A DNA stretch of 64,000 nucleotides from NCBI GenBank assembly GCA_004764695.1, contig SMSO01000014.1, positions 3,777,648 to 3,841,647 of the forward strand, written 5' to 3'. Source of the DNA: Schizochytrium sp. TIO01. Lineage: Eukaryota > Protista > Bigyra: Labyrinthulomycetes. The stretch's first letter is position 1. The number at the start of each line of letters is the position of its first letter. This document shows positions 34,629 to 45,599 of this stretch, in pieces. A program made the position numbers and the translations under genes. Under the pieces are notes generated by a model that saw only the letters and a list, made by a program, of their open reading frames with translations, ran no database searches and had not been told where the DNA came from.

Positions 34629-36980
34629 TTAATTCTGCCCGATCTGTTCATTGCATATGCCCAACATTGGTACACCCTTAAGAACAGTGCGAAGATATAC
34701 AAAGTCTGCGGCTATATTTAAAACCCTCTCAAGAGGAGCTGCCAACGCACGCTCATCTCCAAGCGTTTGCAAAGTGATTCGTAGTGTGGTCAGGTTTGGG
34801 GGGGGAGCCACAACAACTTTCAGCGTAGTCGGCAGAGATGCAAGTGGCTCACAATGCTCATTTGCACAAAGAAGGGATGTGCTGTGCTTTGACATGAAGT
34901 CAAACGGTGCATTAAAAATCTCGACCTCGATTTCCATACTTTCGCCATCTTGCCCTCGAAGGTTGTTTAAACGAAGTTCTGCAACCTGCGGAGCGACACG
35001 AAATTTTAAGGGACCAGTTAGAGTATTTGACCACATCTGACCATCACTTCCAAACGCAGCGGCAAAAATTTGAAATTCTCGACTACTTCCGACCTTATAT
35101 GGATCAACATAGATTGTCGAAACAAAATTGTCAAAAAGAAAATAGCACTGCGGAGGTGGGTAGCTGAAGTTACTGTGGCCGTACTGGAAGCAAAGTTGTG
35201 CACAGGCTTGACTCGAGATAAACTTTTGGATATCAACTCCATGAATTACTTTCAACTTTGTCGTTAAACCTAAGTCTGGGTGCACATTCAGAACTTTCGC
35301 ATCACTCGTCATCTTGATAGAATCAGCATTAAACTCAAGTGACGACACCTCTGTTCGAATATACGGTGGAGGGTACTGGTGTCCCACCATTTGAAATGGA
35401 CTTGCCTGTGCCTTGTTTGAAAGTGTGCAACTAGAACTTTCAGACAATGGGTAACCCTCTTGTGTATTTGACTTTTGACTACTTTTATCATCCTGAAGAA
35501 CTATCCATGTAGTAGTTCTATATGCTATGATTGCACTTCTTGCCCAGGCCTCCATAAGAAACCAATCAACTGGTTGCGGCATCCCAAACTCACGTAGAAG
35601 CGTAAGTAGTTGCTTTGCTCCTCGTTTTCGAAGCATATAACCGTAGGTTCCGCCACCTTCGCTTCTTGGTCGGCTAGGAAAAGCTTCAACGCCATCCCAC
35701 ACTGGAATTCGAGCCTCGTAACTTGGATGATCTGTGAATCCTAACATGAGAATGTCCCAGCGAGGGTCAGAGTGTACTAGAGAATGGCCAGGTCCACGTC
35801 TCCAATAATTGGTAATGCCGTCGGCAAATTTTGAATCATCTTCGAGAATAATTATAGCATCCAGGTCACCTAAGTCGCTTCGCTTCGCAAGCTTTGCCCA
35901 AAGAACAATATGGGATAAAGCACAACCCAAGACTCCACGGCGAAATCCATGCCCCTCATAAGGGTTTTGCACGGGGAATTTGTCTGTTTGAAATAAGGCT
36001 CGGCGTTCCGAAGTCAAGGCCGCTTCAGTTTTCCCATTAATAGCACGAAATCGTTGAGGTTTTGGCCAGACTTGGTCAAGTCCTGCATTATGAAAACTTG
36101 CAGAAAACATAGGCCAGCGTTTTGCATAATCTTTATCCATATTAGCCACATAAACATTAGCTAGTTGGCCAATCCGGCCTTGAGAGTTCATATTGGTACC
36201 ACCCTCTTCCGTGTTGAGCCTTGGAAGCAATGCTAGGAAACCACCTTGCTGCAAGCTATCAAAACCAGCTGAGTGAAAATTTTCTCGCATCTCATCGGAT
36301 ATCTGCCCAATAATTATCATTTTCCCCATGGGTGAAAGCCATTGACCTATCATTCTGAAGTCTAAGTCTGTGACTAGTTTTTTGTCGAGCACAAGTACTC
36401 GAGGACGGCGCTTCTTGAAAAAACTTTTTGTAAGGATTGGTTGCCCAACTGTCATACACCGTTCACCATCCAGAATGTCAAAACTATATTCTTTTTCATA
36501 ATATGCATAAGGTGGTTTATCTTCTCGTAATCCTGAATTACTTAGTTTCGCAAAAGAAATGACTGGGGAGCAATCGTCCTTCACATAGACACAATCAAAC
36601 GGTTCAGAGAAACCTGGGTTCTCCCAAAAATGCTGAGCTTCTTTTTGGCGGAATAACACCACCTTTCGTCGGCGGCGAATCATCTCTGCTACAACTCTCG
36701 CATCCAAAGGAGATACTTCAGTAAACGTTTCTGCGAAGCGCAAGATCTTTTGCTCCTCCAGTTCCTCAAAATCTCTAATCCTAACGCCCAAAAATATTGT
36801 CTCGTTCTCAAATTGAGGCAGCAAAATGCAAGAAACTTGATCACGGACACTTAAGAACGGCATAAACAGCGCAGCATCCTCTTGTTCTTCAGCACTAGAA
36901 TAGAATTTCACTGATGCATCCCCTATGCTACAACAACTTAGCAGCACAACAAACACTAGGATCTTGGAGATTCGTCGCAT
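34629..36980 (-). CDS. Glycosyltransferase family 25 protein with signal peptide/anchor and extra N- and C-terminal domains
   Basis: GT25 motifs: VYVANM...KRW, RFRAING, GVLGCALSHIVLW, IILEDD, WDILMLG, TYGYML...GAKQLL, PVDWFL. Likely start is MRRISKILVFVVLLSCCSIGDA (ATG at 36980). Confidence 0.85.
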   Translation of the reverse strand: MRRISKILVFVVLLSCCSIGDASVKFYSSAEEQEDAALFMPFLSVRDQVSCILLPQFENETIFLGVRIRDFEELEEQKILRFAETFTEVSPLDARVVAEMIRRRRKVVLFRQKEAQHFWENPGFSEPFDCVYVKDDCSPVISFAKLSNSGLREDKPPYAYYEKEYSFDILDGERCMTVGQPILTKSFFKKRRPRVLVLDKKLVTDLDFRMIGQWLSPMGKMIIIGQISDEMRENFHSAGFDSLQQGGFLALLPRLNTEEGGTNMNSQGRIGQLANVYVANMDKDYAKRWPMFSASFHNAGLDQVWPKPQRFRAINGKTEAALTSERRALFQTDKFPVQNPYEGHGFRRGVLGCALSHIVLWAKLAKRSDLGDLDAIIILEDDSKFADGITNYWRRGPGHSLVHSDPRWDILMLGFTDHPSYEARIPVWDGVEAFPSRPRSEGGGTYGYMLRKRGAKQLLTLLREFGMPQPVDWFLMEAWARSAIIAYRTTTWIVLQDDKSSQKSNTQEGYPLSESSSCTLSNKAQASPFQMVGHQYPPPYIRTEVSSLEFNADSIKMTSDAKVLNVHPDLGLTTKLKVIHGVDIQKFISSQACAQLCFQYGHSNFSYPPPQCYFLFDNFVSTIYVDPYKVGSSREFQIFAAAFGSDGQMWSNTLTGPLKFRVAPQVAELRLNNLRGQDGESMEIEVEIFNAPFDFMSKHSTSLLCANEHCEPLASLPTTLKVVVAPPPNLTTLRITLQTLGDERALAAPLERVLNIAADFVYLRTVLKGVPMLGICNEQIGQN

Positions 36981-38594
36981 GGTAAGGATCAGTCTAGTCT
37001 CCGCAGCCTCTTTCCAGTTTGCTCGACTGGAAACAAGATCAGGTAGCAGTATCCTCGGTTTGGAGCATGGTCTAATATGATTATCAATCAACATCTACTC
37101 TCAGGTTGAGGGCAATCTCCCCGACAAGAATCTTGATTGCCTGAAACGACGCTGTTGCTAAGTTTTGGCTTCTGGGTCCTTTCGTGTTGTCCCGGAATTC
37201 CGGGAGCGTCAAGGTATTTTTAATATTGGCTAGACAGTAGTGCGCTTTGAAGAAGCTTGCTGAAGATCGTAGTACTATAACATGATTATAGCCCAACGTA
37301 AATCAATACTGTAATAAATTACGCGAGGGTTGCCAAGAGCAGGTCGCCTTGAATTTTTCGTTTAGATGGTTTTTATACACCTGGTTCCCTTTTTTCCCAT
37401 TATCATCATCAGGACTTTGTGAATCCTATGAACTTAAAACTATGTAGATGGATAATCAGTTAGATGGTAACTCGCTAAACTTCTGGCCGACAGAATATCA
37501 GGACTCCAGAACAAGAATGCGAGATGCTTGAAACTCTTGGCATTTAGTCAACAAGAATAATTGGGGTCACTGCTGACTAACTGTTTTTGCGTTATCGCGC
37601 CATGAAACCAACAAACCAGCCAGGCAGTGATCAGACGACCCAAACAACTCCCCCGAGATGAGCATGCTCTGACTTTTCGGCCCTATTGTCGCGTTGGTTC
37701 CTGGCAACCCTGCAGTAGTTCATATGCACTATGTGTAAAAGTCAAAAGTGCTGAGGGCTTCGAGTTAGTCAAGTTAACTTATCAAGTTGTCGTATTTATT
37801 TACAGCAGTCTTTATCTTTAGTGCTATTGTCTTCACATGAATTTCTATCACTAACCTTTATACTAAGTAGCTACTACTCGTCTAGTTTTAATCCCTCCTA
37901 TGGTAAACAAATAAGAATACTGTAATTAATAAAAAGAAGTAACTAGGGCTCTGCTGTGTAATACTATAGGACATCTATCTATTCTATAAGAGGTAGGTAA
38001 TGAATTACGAGTTGTGATCAGAAGCAAACTCTGATTCAAGTAATTTTTTGCCTCGTCTGCGTGCGTTGGCGAGGCCGCCGTGCCTCGTGTCTCGAGCACG
38101 CGTCACGTTCCGTCAGACCCGTAAACATTGCCGTGGACTCCAACGAGAGTTGCTAGGTGAGGGAACGCGGCAGCTTTCGGCGTAGCAGGTTCTTAAGGCT
38201 CGAATAATCAAGCAAGGACCAGCTTTGGGACTTGGGCGAAAGCCTGGCGCACGAAGCCTTGGCGGCGACAGAACCGCAGTACTCACTTCACTCGTGCCAT
38301 CGCGGCGCTTCGATCGTGCTACCGTGGTAGTGACGTCTTTCTCTGTAACAATTTCGCATTCCATTTGTTGTTTCTTAGATATCGGTCCACGTTCTTGAAA
38401 ACGACAAGCGTATCATCATCTACTGGAGCCTTCATTATCACAGCCCAACCACTTGACGTCTGACCATATCTTCTGTGACTAAATATAAGAGAATATCAAG
38501 TCCGTTCAGTCAAAAACCTGGCTTTCAAGCGCGCGGGAGCATACTCTGTGAGTTATCACTTTAGAAAAAATCGGTCGTCAAAAGGACGAGAGTG

Positions 38595-39920
38595 ATGGCA
38601 TATCTATTTGATTTGTGCTGTGGAAGCTCAGATGCCCGGCATGCAGGGTCTAATGATGAGGATGCAAAAGTTTTTTCAGCATACGGAGACCCTCCTCGTC
38701 GAGGTAGCAATCATGGTCAGACCCTGCAAACAGGGGTAAGACCGTCACTACAGAATCCTCTGCATAGGCACACCGACGCTGCAGCAGGAGGGGAAGATGA
38801 GCTGTTTAACGAGCTGGCATTCGAAAATGTCTCGGCTCGCTTTAAGAACAAACGTGCGAGTGATAGATATACGAAAATGCTAATCGAGGAACAAGCCCAT
38901 CTCGATGAAAATGCTTTACTTTTGGAAGAGCGACAAATTATGATGCTTGACGAGGAGGATAAAGAAATGGATATATTGCTGGAAAACATGGAGGCAGAAA
39001 GTCGAGCTCTTGATGAGGAATCTCGCATGCTTCAAGCTTCCATAGAGAACATTGAGCACTTGGACTCAAACCAGACCTCTGACCTGAAACGTATGTCTGG
39101 CCTTTCCCACATGACTGGTTTCAGTAACCGGGTCTTGGACTTACTAGCTGAGGTAGATATTCCTCCCCCACCTTCACATCCTCCTCCGGACGATGCAAAC
39201 GTAGCCGTAGTGCCAACCTCCACCACATTGTTTGATCAGGACAGCGCTCGTATGCAAGAATTAAATGTTTACTTAGCTATGTCTGACGATGAGACCGGTA
39301 CTGAGGTAGAGCAGTATGGTGGACCGGAAAACCATACAGTATCACAATCGTACTTACAAGCTGGTGTCAACTTTTGTTTTCAGGGAAATTATCTTCGTGC
39401 CAAAAAATGCCTAAAGATCTGCGCGTCATTTGCCTTACATGAGGGTGATGAAACTATGCTTGCCCGTGCGTTGGGTAATTTAGCTAACGTCTACGAATCA
39501 ACGCATCGGTCTGCCAAGGCATTAGCCTTATATCGTGTCTGCATTGATATTCTCCGAAAGAATGACGATTTCTCGCGTGAACGATTTGTAGTCACCAATG
39601 CTCTCTTGTCTTGTGTGCGCTTGCATAAGTACGAAGAGGCTCTGCAATTTGCTGAGAGACAGATAGAGATTTTACGAGTTCTTCAAGCATTCCCAGCCAC
39701 TAATAATGTGTCCAAGCTCAACAATAGCTGTAGCTCATCTCATCCAGAGGAGGACATCATTACTGATTTCACTCAGCAAATACAAGACGCTGAGAGTGTT
39801 GTTACAGCGCTGCAAAATACTCTCCGGGCCGGTGATGATGGTTTCTTTTATGATTTAGAATCCCATGGTCGGAGTCTTTATGCAATCGAGACAACTACTT
39901 CCATTCACTCTGTAAACTAA
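38595..39920 (+). CDS. TPR-containing protein of unknown function with acidic coiled coil
   Basis: 441 aa from the ATG at 38595. TPR-like ARALGNLANVYES...ALALYRVCIDI and YEEALQFAERQIEI. N-terminus MAYLFDLCCG; proline patch PPPPSHPPP. Confidence 0.75.
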   Translation: MAYLFDLCCGSSDARHAGSNDEDAKVFSAYGDPPRRGSNHGQTLQTGVRPSLQNPLHRHTDAAAGGEDELFNELAFENVSARFKNKRASDRYTKMLIEEQAHLDENALLLEERQIMMLDEEDKEMDILLENMEAESRALDEESRMLQASIENIEHLDSNQTSDLKRMSGLSHMTGFSNRVLDLLAEVDIPPPPSHPPPDDANVAVVPTSTTLFDQDSARMQELNVYLAMSDDETGTEVEQYGGPENHTVSQSYLQAGVNFCFQGNYLRAKKCLKICASFALHEGDETMLARALGNLANVYESTHRSAKALALYRVCIDILRKNDDFSRERFVVTNALLSCVRLHKYEEALQFAERQIEILRVLQAFPATNNVSKLNNSCSSSHPEEDIITDFTQQIQDAESVVTALQNTLRAGDDGFFYDLESHGRSLYAIETTTSIHSVN

Positions 39921-40144
39921 ATCTTTTAAGTTCCTATTTTATGCTTACCTCGTTCCCCGTAATAGCTAAGTCCAAACAAGTCGCGTATCTCAAATTTCGA
40001 ATAAATTATAATCTAAAAGATGGGGTTACTTATTGCAGTCTTGCACAAATATGTATATATGTATCTATAAGTGCCATACACGCACCGCATCCTTTAAAAA
40101 ATTATGTACTAGTATGCTAAGGACTGCATGTGGTAAGAGACACC

Positions 40145-40630
40145 TTAGAGATCGCACTCGGGGAAAGCAAGCTGCGACATATCGTGGACGATATTCTTGA
40201 TGTCACGCATAAGCGCTGCCGGGTTGTGTTCGTCCATGGCAGCCTTAGCAATCTCATACGGAATGCGGACGGCAAGATCGATCACCTTTTCAGTGCACAC
40301 GGTCTTATCAGCACAGCAAATTGCGCCTGCGTTGATGTTGTAGCCACTAGGGCACGGATCAAAGCAGACGGGGCCCTCGCCGATGGCATCGACCGTGGCA
40401 CAGGTCTTGTAGCAAAAGCCCATCTGGCGTTCCTCGTCTAGCGTGCAGTTGCCGAGGTGTCCGAAGCCTCGGTACTCAACCCTCTTCCAGCATGCAGGTT
40501 TTACCTCATCTTGAATAGGGCCACGAAGCTTAGTAGAAGGAACACCCTCCTCCACGACGAGCTCAGAGAAGCGGCCAAGAGCGCAGTTTACCATCAGCGC
40601 GAGCACGAGTACGAAAATCTTACTCATCAT
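40145..40630 (-). CDS. Small secreted cysteine-rich protein
   Basis: Signal peptide MMSKIFVLVLALMVNCALG. Cys-rich core CWKRVEYRGFG..C...FCYKTC..GEGPVCFDPCPSGY..GAICC...C. GC3-rich codons suggest real expression. Confidence 0.8.
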   Translation of the reverse strand: MMSKIFVLVLALMVNCALGRFSELVVEEGVPSTKLRGPIQDEVKPACWKRVEYRGFGHLGNCTLDEERQMGFCYKTCATVDAIGEGPVCFDPCPSGYNINAGAICCADKTVCTEKVIDLAVRIPYEIAKAAMDEHNPAALMRDIKNIVHDMSQLAFPECDL

Positions 40631-42637
40631 TTTGCTCCAACGGTCACCCAAAAATTGAAAAGATCTTTATACTAAGTCGACAAAGCGCACAAATTGGCGA
40701 ACAAATAAATTCATGACGATCACCATGACACCGTCGTAGCACACGTAAATCCCAATGAATTGTGATAGTTCCCAAAGTTAGTCCTGAGGTTGATTCATAA
40801 AAAATGCAGAACGACAATGACCCTAGCTTTCACCTTTCATTGAACCAGACTTGGATTCAATGAAACAGGAGCGCCTTTCTCGCTGGGTATTTCCTGGATA
40901 CTTTACTTCACCTGGATAAGCTGGTTATATCCAAATCCTGATTCATAAAATCGTTTGCTACTATCTTTCCATCCGCGTCCAAGAGAGCTCTACTTGCAGG
41001 GCGGGTTCCAAGAGCAAGAAGAACCGCAGGCAGCACAGACATGAACTAGACTTACCAAAAACGAGGCGGCTTGAACACGGGTAACTCGGCTTTCACAAAG
41101 ATGCAGACGTTGCGGGATTGATCAAGCCTGGTCGGAGTTTGAACTCTCTCGGCTTCGTTGGATTTTCTTTTCTGTTCTTTCACGTTCTTTTCCGTCAACC
41201 CTACTCTATACTAATAATAGTACGTACCAATTCATTAATTTTATTTATCTATTTTATTATTTATTCATTGAAAATACTATTAAGGCCTACTAGTATTGAT
41301 CAATTTTTATTTTTATTTAAAGAAAAAAACTTTTCCTGAGGAATAGTCACAGATACTATCATGTAAATATCGCTTATTGTAGAACCTGTGATGATGAAGT
41401 TTTTTTCTTGTTTTCTTTTTTCATTTATAGATATTATGTATAAGTTGTGGACAATGTTTTTATATTAAGAGTTTGGGGACTCACAAAGCAAAACCACGAA
41501 AGAAGACCAGCGATGTCATTACAGAAGGCGGGATCACCAAAGAAACGAAAATCGACTGGACATTGGAGGTATAGAAGCGAAAAAGCTTGATATTTTTCTT
41601 GTGTAGAGATTTCGACGCACATAAGTATGTATCTACCTGGATGCATGATTAGTTGGTCACTACAAACAAAATTCGGTTATCTTTTCTTTAACCCACAAAC
41701 TGTTGACAGCAATAGAATTGTGTTACACTTGGGGTTTATTAATGGACAGTGTGGTAATGCAAACGTGGGCTTGTTGTCATTGCTGTTAGTTAATCTTAGG
41801 GTCAATATTCACATTAACTGGGAAACTATGTAAGGCCAAGGAATTGCAGAGGCGTTTTTATGCCTCTTCCTTCCTCGTCACATTTCACATTCTTTAAGAA
41901 CAAAGACAACTTAGACATGTTCTAAAGAACCAAATTTCAGAACAATAACAACCCATCAGGACAATTTTGACATTTAATACAAACCACTTTGACTTCATCG
42001 AATCATCGAATCCCAAGTTATGTCCAATATCTCATAACCAAACTTTCTAACTGATGAAATTAAAAAACTTGCACGATCTAAATTGTGGATTCAAGCGCAG
42101 TCTTGAATGCTTTGCTCATCGCAGCCAATGCTATTCAAGGATGCGTGTAAATTGACATTTCACCATGAAGAAGCGAAATGGCCAAGGAATCATCGTCATG
42201 AAATATAGCCACGCGCTTCACATCGCCTAAACAAACAGTTTTCGCATCCCACTAACCAGATGTTTAGTCTATCAGCTTACACTGGAGAAAAGCACTTTCT
42301 TTATTTTCTTGCTCTTCGACTTATCGCATTTGTAGGTACTTAGATATCAACTTGGCCCTCGCAAAATGTCTGCTTTGGAAACTTTAGATTTCAGGTGTTG
42401 GAGAGAACTTGGAGAGAGGACGCCAAAGTGTTTACTTTTTACCATGACAATGACTGTGGTTCTTTACTTATTACTAGTACGGTAATAATATATATTTCTC
42501 TAAAAAACCATTAGGAAAAGAAGGGAATGAAAGGAACGAACGAACAGACATTTTCCTGACACAACAACTTTCGAAGACCAAATCACCTATCCTTCTGCTT
42601 GGTGAGGGCCGAGACGGCATCGGAATGCGCTGGGTCC

Positions 42638-45277
42638 ATGTCGGTTCTGCCTGTGGACGTGGGTGGACGCGTGGAGGCATCCTCAAATTCCTTTGCGCCT
42701 GACGAGGAGGCCGAACGGCGAACTGCGCAACATATTTCTCATGATAGCGAGTTCTACCAATGTATGAACGCGAATGAAGACAACGAGAGCGGCGCGAGAA
42801 ATCAGGGGTTTACGAGACTCGAAGAGTCTCGACCTTCGAAGCCGTGGTGGGATTGGCTGCTTGGAGATGCACGCCGAGAATACCATGCGAGTATCAGCGC
42901 TGGTCGCCAGAAACCGCGATCTGCAGCAGCAAGCTTTTTTGGACACGGTGAAACTTGGAGGTCTGGGGGCTACTTTGGAGTCGCAAATAGCGAGCAAGGT
43001 CAAGGCCCAAATAGCAGAGACTTTGCTTATGAGGGAGAGGAGGATGAGGACCTTTGGGTGGCACAGAACAACTTGGACGACTTTTTTACAAGGGTGTACA
43101 GCTACTTCGTTGAGGGAGGCTTTGCATGCATTATTACAAAGGGTATTGTGAATGTAGTGACCTTAGGTTTTACAGTTGTGTTCTCAACCTTCCTGCTTGG
43201 ATTTGTAGACTGGGCTAAGCTTATGACATGCAAAGATGAAACCACATGTTTCGCTTTCGGAGAATACGTCACTACACTGGGCTCGCATTCCTCATGGGTC
43301 TTCAGAGCGTTTGTCGTACTCTACTGCGTCCTCTTCTCGTTGTACTGGACCTGGTCCGTGACATCATTTCTATCGAGTATCAAGCGCCACTGGGAGATTC
43401 GGTGCTTTTATGTGCGTCGCCTTGGCGTCACAACCCGACTTTTACAAACCATGGACTGGTCCGAGGTGGTAGATCGTATGATCCAAGTACAAGAACGTGG
43501 TGAATACCCCATTCAAATTAATGGTAGCAGCTTCACAGCCAAAGATGTGATTATGCGTATTATGCGACGTGAGAACTATATGATCGCCATGATGAGCGAG
43601 TCTGTCTTACCGGTGGGGACCAGCTTGTATGCTCGCGACTCATGGTTTCTTGGAAAAAATCTTGAACTCATGCTTGATTTAACCATATTAGAACCTCTTT
43701 TTGACGAACAGCACAATCTTCGTCGGCATGATCTAAACCCCAAGGCTTTGCAACGCCGATTTAAGTTCTTTGGATCGCTTTGCCTTCTTCTCGTACCATT
43801 CTCGATCGGCTTTATGTTCATATACTCATTTCTGAAATATGCAGAAGAGTTTCACTCTAAACGGAACTACCTTGGACCACGCACGTGGTCCCCCTTCGCG
43901 TTGTGGAAATTCCGCGAATTTAATGAAGTAAAGCACCTCTTCTCTCGTCGTACTGTTGCTTCAATGAAGCATGCTGACTTGTACATTCGACAGTTCCCTA
44001 CACCACTACCTACAGTGGTGGCTGGTGGCGTTTCATTTATTGTTGGCGCCTTTGTAGCCGTACTCATGCTTTTCACTCTCATGGATGAAAGTATTCTTCT
44101 TCACATTACTCTTGGTGGCCGTGATCTGGTGTGGTACATTGCAATTTTCTCGGGTGTCTTGGCGATCTCCCGCAGCCTTGTACCCCCTGCGGAGGAGTTA
44201 GTATTCAATCCAGATAAAGCAATGCGTCGTGTGGTCGCTTATACTCACTTTCTTCCCGACGCATGGCGATCGCGCACACATACTTATGATGTGCGTGATA
44301 ACTTCAGTGACTACTTCCAATATAAAGCGGTTCTTCTGTTGCGGGAGCTACTTGGTATCTTGACTACTCCTTACATATTGCTTGTTGTCCTTCCTCCGCG
44401 CGCTCAACTTATAAGCGAGTTTATCCAAGCCCGAACTGTTAGTGTTGATGGAATTGGAGAACTATGCATCTACTCGCTCATGGATCTTAGTGCCCATGGT
44501 GATCGTCGCTATGGCTCCGAAGGCAATCGTGTGGACACCGACCTTGGAAGATTTGTTAGGGTGGATGGTCATTCGGCTGTCCGAGCTGACGGAAAGCTTG
44601 AAAAATCATGGTTGAACTTTCGTCTGAGCTATCCCAACTGGCAAGACGACCAGGCTGTAGATCCTTCACTCGATGACCGACTTGCGGCTTTCCAGCGGGA
44701 AATGGTTAGCACCTCTCTTATGCGTTCACAGAAATTTGGAGATGAAGAAGACACCAGTCACTTTGCTTCTCCGCATCAAGCTGCAGGATTCGAGTCATTT
44801 AATCGTAGATCTCCAAGTTCATCATCTGTTTTGGACTCCTCACAGGAACTTCATGATCAACGCCATAGACTGTCGATGTCAGGTTCCTTCGCAGCCACAA
44901 CGGCTGCAATTGATCTTGACAGAAAACGTCGAGAACGTTTGCACTCACGCAACCAGGGAAATGATAGTGTCCACTCTCGAGCTTACAAGCCACTGTACAC
45001 AGCCGCAAGTACAACACGCCAGCTTGGAGAAACAGCTGACCATGATTATTTTGGTGCATCGGAAATGGCCATTCTTCCTCTTGACACTTTTCGTTATCCA
45101 AGCGCAGAAAACTACTTTTACTGGCTTGAAGAGTATCGAGATAACCTTGAAGAACCACAACCCCCCTTACCAGCTACCTCAATGCCACCTGAGGTACATG
45201 CGCAGCCAAATACAGAACGTGCACAAGCCGGCACGGCGGTCGAAATGACACAGTCATCATCAGTATCTAATAAGTAA
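42638..45277 (+). CDS. ATG9: Autophagy-related protein 9 (lipid scramblase)
   Basis: ATG9 motifs: NLDDFFTRVYSYFVEGGFACII, RIMRRENYMIA, LGPRTWSPFALWKFREFNEVKHLF, YIRQFP, YTHFLP, VDGIGELC, GKLEKSWLNF. First ATG is at 42638 (the ORF track starts at TTG 42599). Confidence 0.97.
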   Translation: MSVLPVDVGGRVEASSNSFAPDEEAERRTAQHISHDSEFYQCMNANEDNESGARNQGFTRLEESRPSKPWWDWLLGDARREYHASISAGRQKPRSAAASFFGHGETWRSGGYFGVANSEQGQGPNSRDFAYEGEEDEDLWVAQNNLDDFFTRVYSYFVEGGFACIITKGIVNVVTLGFTVVFSTFLLGFVDWAKLMTCKDETTCFAFGEYVTTLGSHSSWVFRAFVVLYCVLFSLYWTWSVTSFLSSIKRHWEIRCFYVRRLGVTTRLLQTMDWSEVVDRMIQVQERGEYPIQINGSSFTAKDVIMRIMRRENYMIAMMSESVLPVGTSLYARDSWFLGKNLELMLDLTILEPLFDEQHNLRRHDLNPKALQRRFKFFGSLCLLLVPFSIGFMFIYSFLKYAEEFHSKRNYLGPRTWSPFALWKFREFNEVKHLFSRRTVASMKHADLYIRQFPTPLPTVVAGGVSFIVGAFVAVLMLFTLMDESILLHITLGGRDLVWYIAIFSGVLAISRSLVPPAEELVFNPDKAMRRVVAYTHFLPDAWRSRTHTYDVRDNFSDYFQYKAVLLLRELLGILTTPYILLVVLPPRAQLISEFIQARTVSVDGIGELCIYSLMDLSAHGDRRYGSEGNRVDTDLGRFVRVDGHSAVRADGKLEKSWLNFRLSYPNWQDDQAVDPSLDDRLAAFQREMVSTSLMRSQKFGDEEDTSHFASPHQAAGFESFNRRSPSSSSVLDSSQELHDQRHRLSMSGSFAATTAAIDLDRKRRERLHSRNQGNDSVHSRAYKPLYTAASTTRQLGETADHDYFGASEMAILPLDTFRYPSAENYFYWLEEYRDNLEEPQPPLPATSMPPEVHAQPNTERAQAGTAVEMTQSSSVSNK

Positions 45278-45599
45278 TTCTTTATTTCTTTATTTTAAAA
45301 CAACTATGTGAAACGCAATATATCCACAAGGTGGGTTTGTTAACCCCCAATGTGCCATCTTGAGCCACTCTCTTAATAATTCTTAAAAATAAAATAGCAT
45401 AATATCTATAAGTACCATTATATGGTCATTAGTGACCAGGCGCCATTCTTTAAATGGCCGTTGTTCATAACAATAATACTGATTGCTGCGCTCAGAAAAT
45501 CGGAAACTAATGTACAAATTCTAAGAGGGGTATTCTGTTTTTCTGTTCGAAGGTACTTGGGCATTCTAGGTCGGAGTTCTCCAAGGAGTTAAAGTCAGC

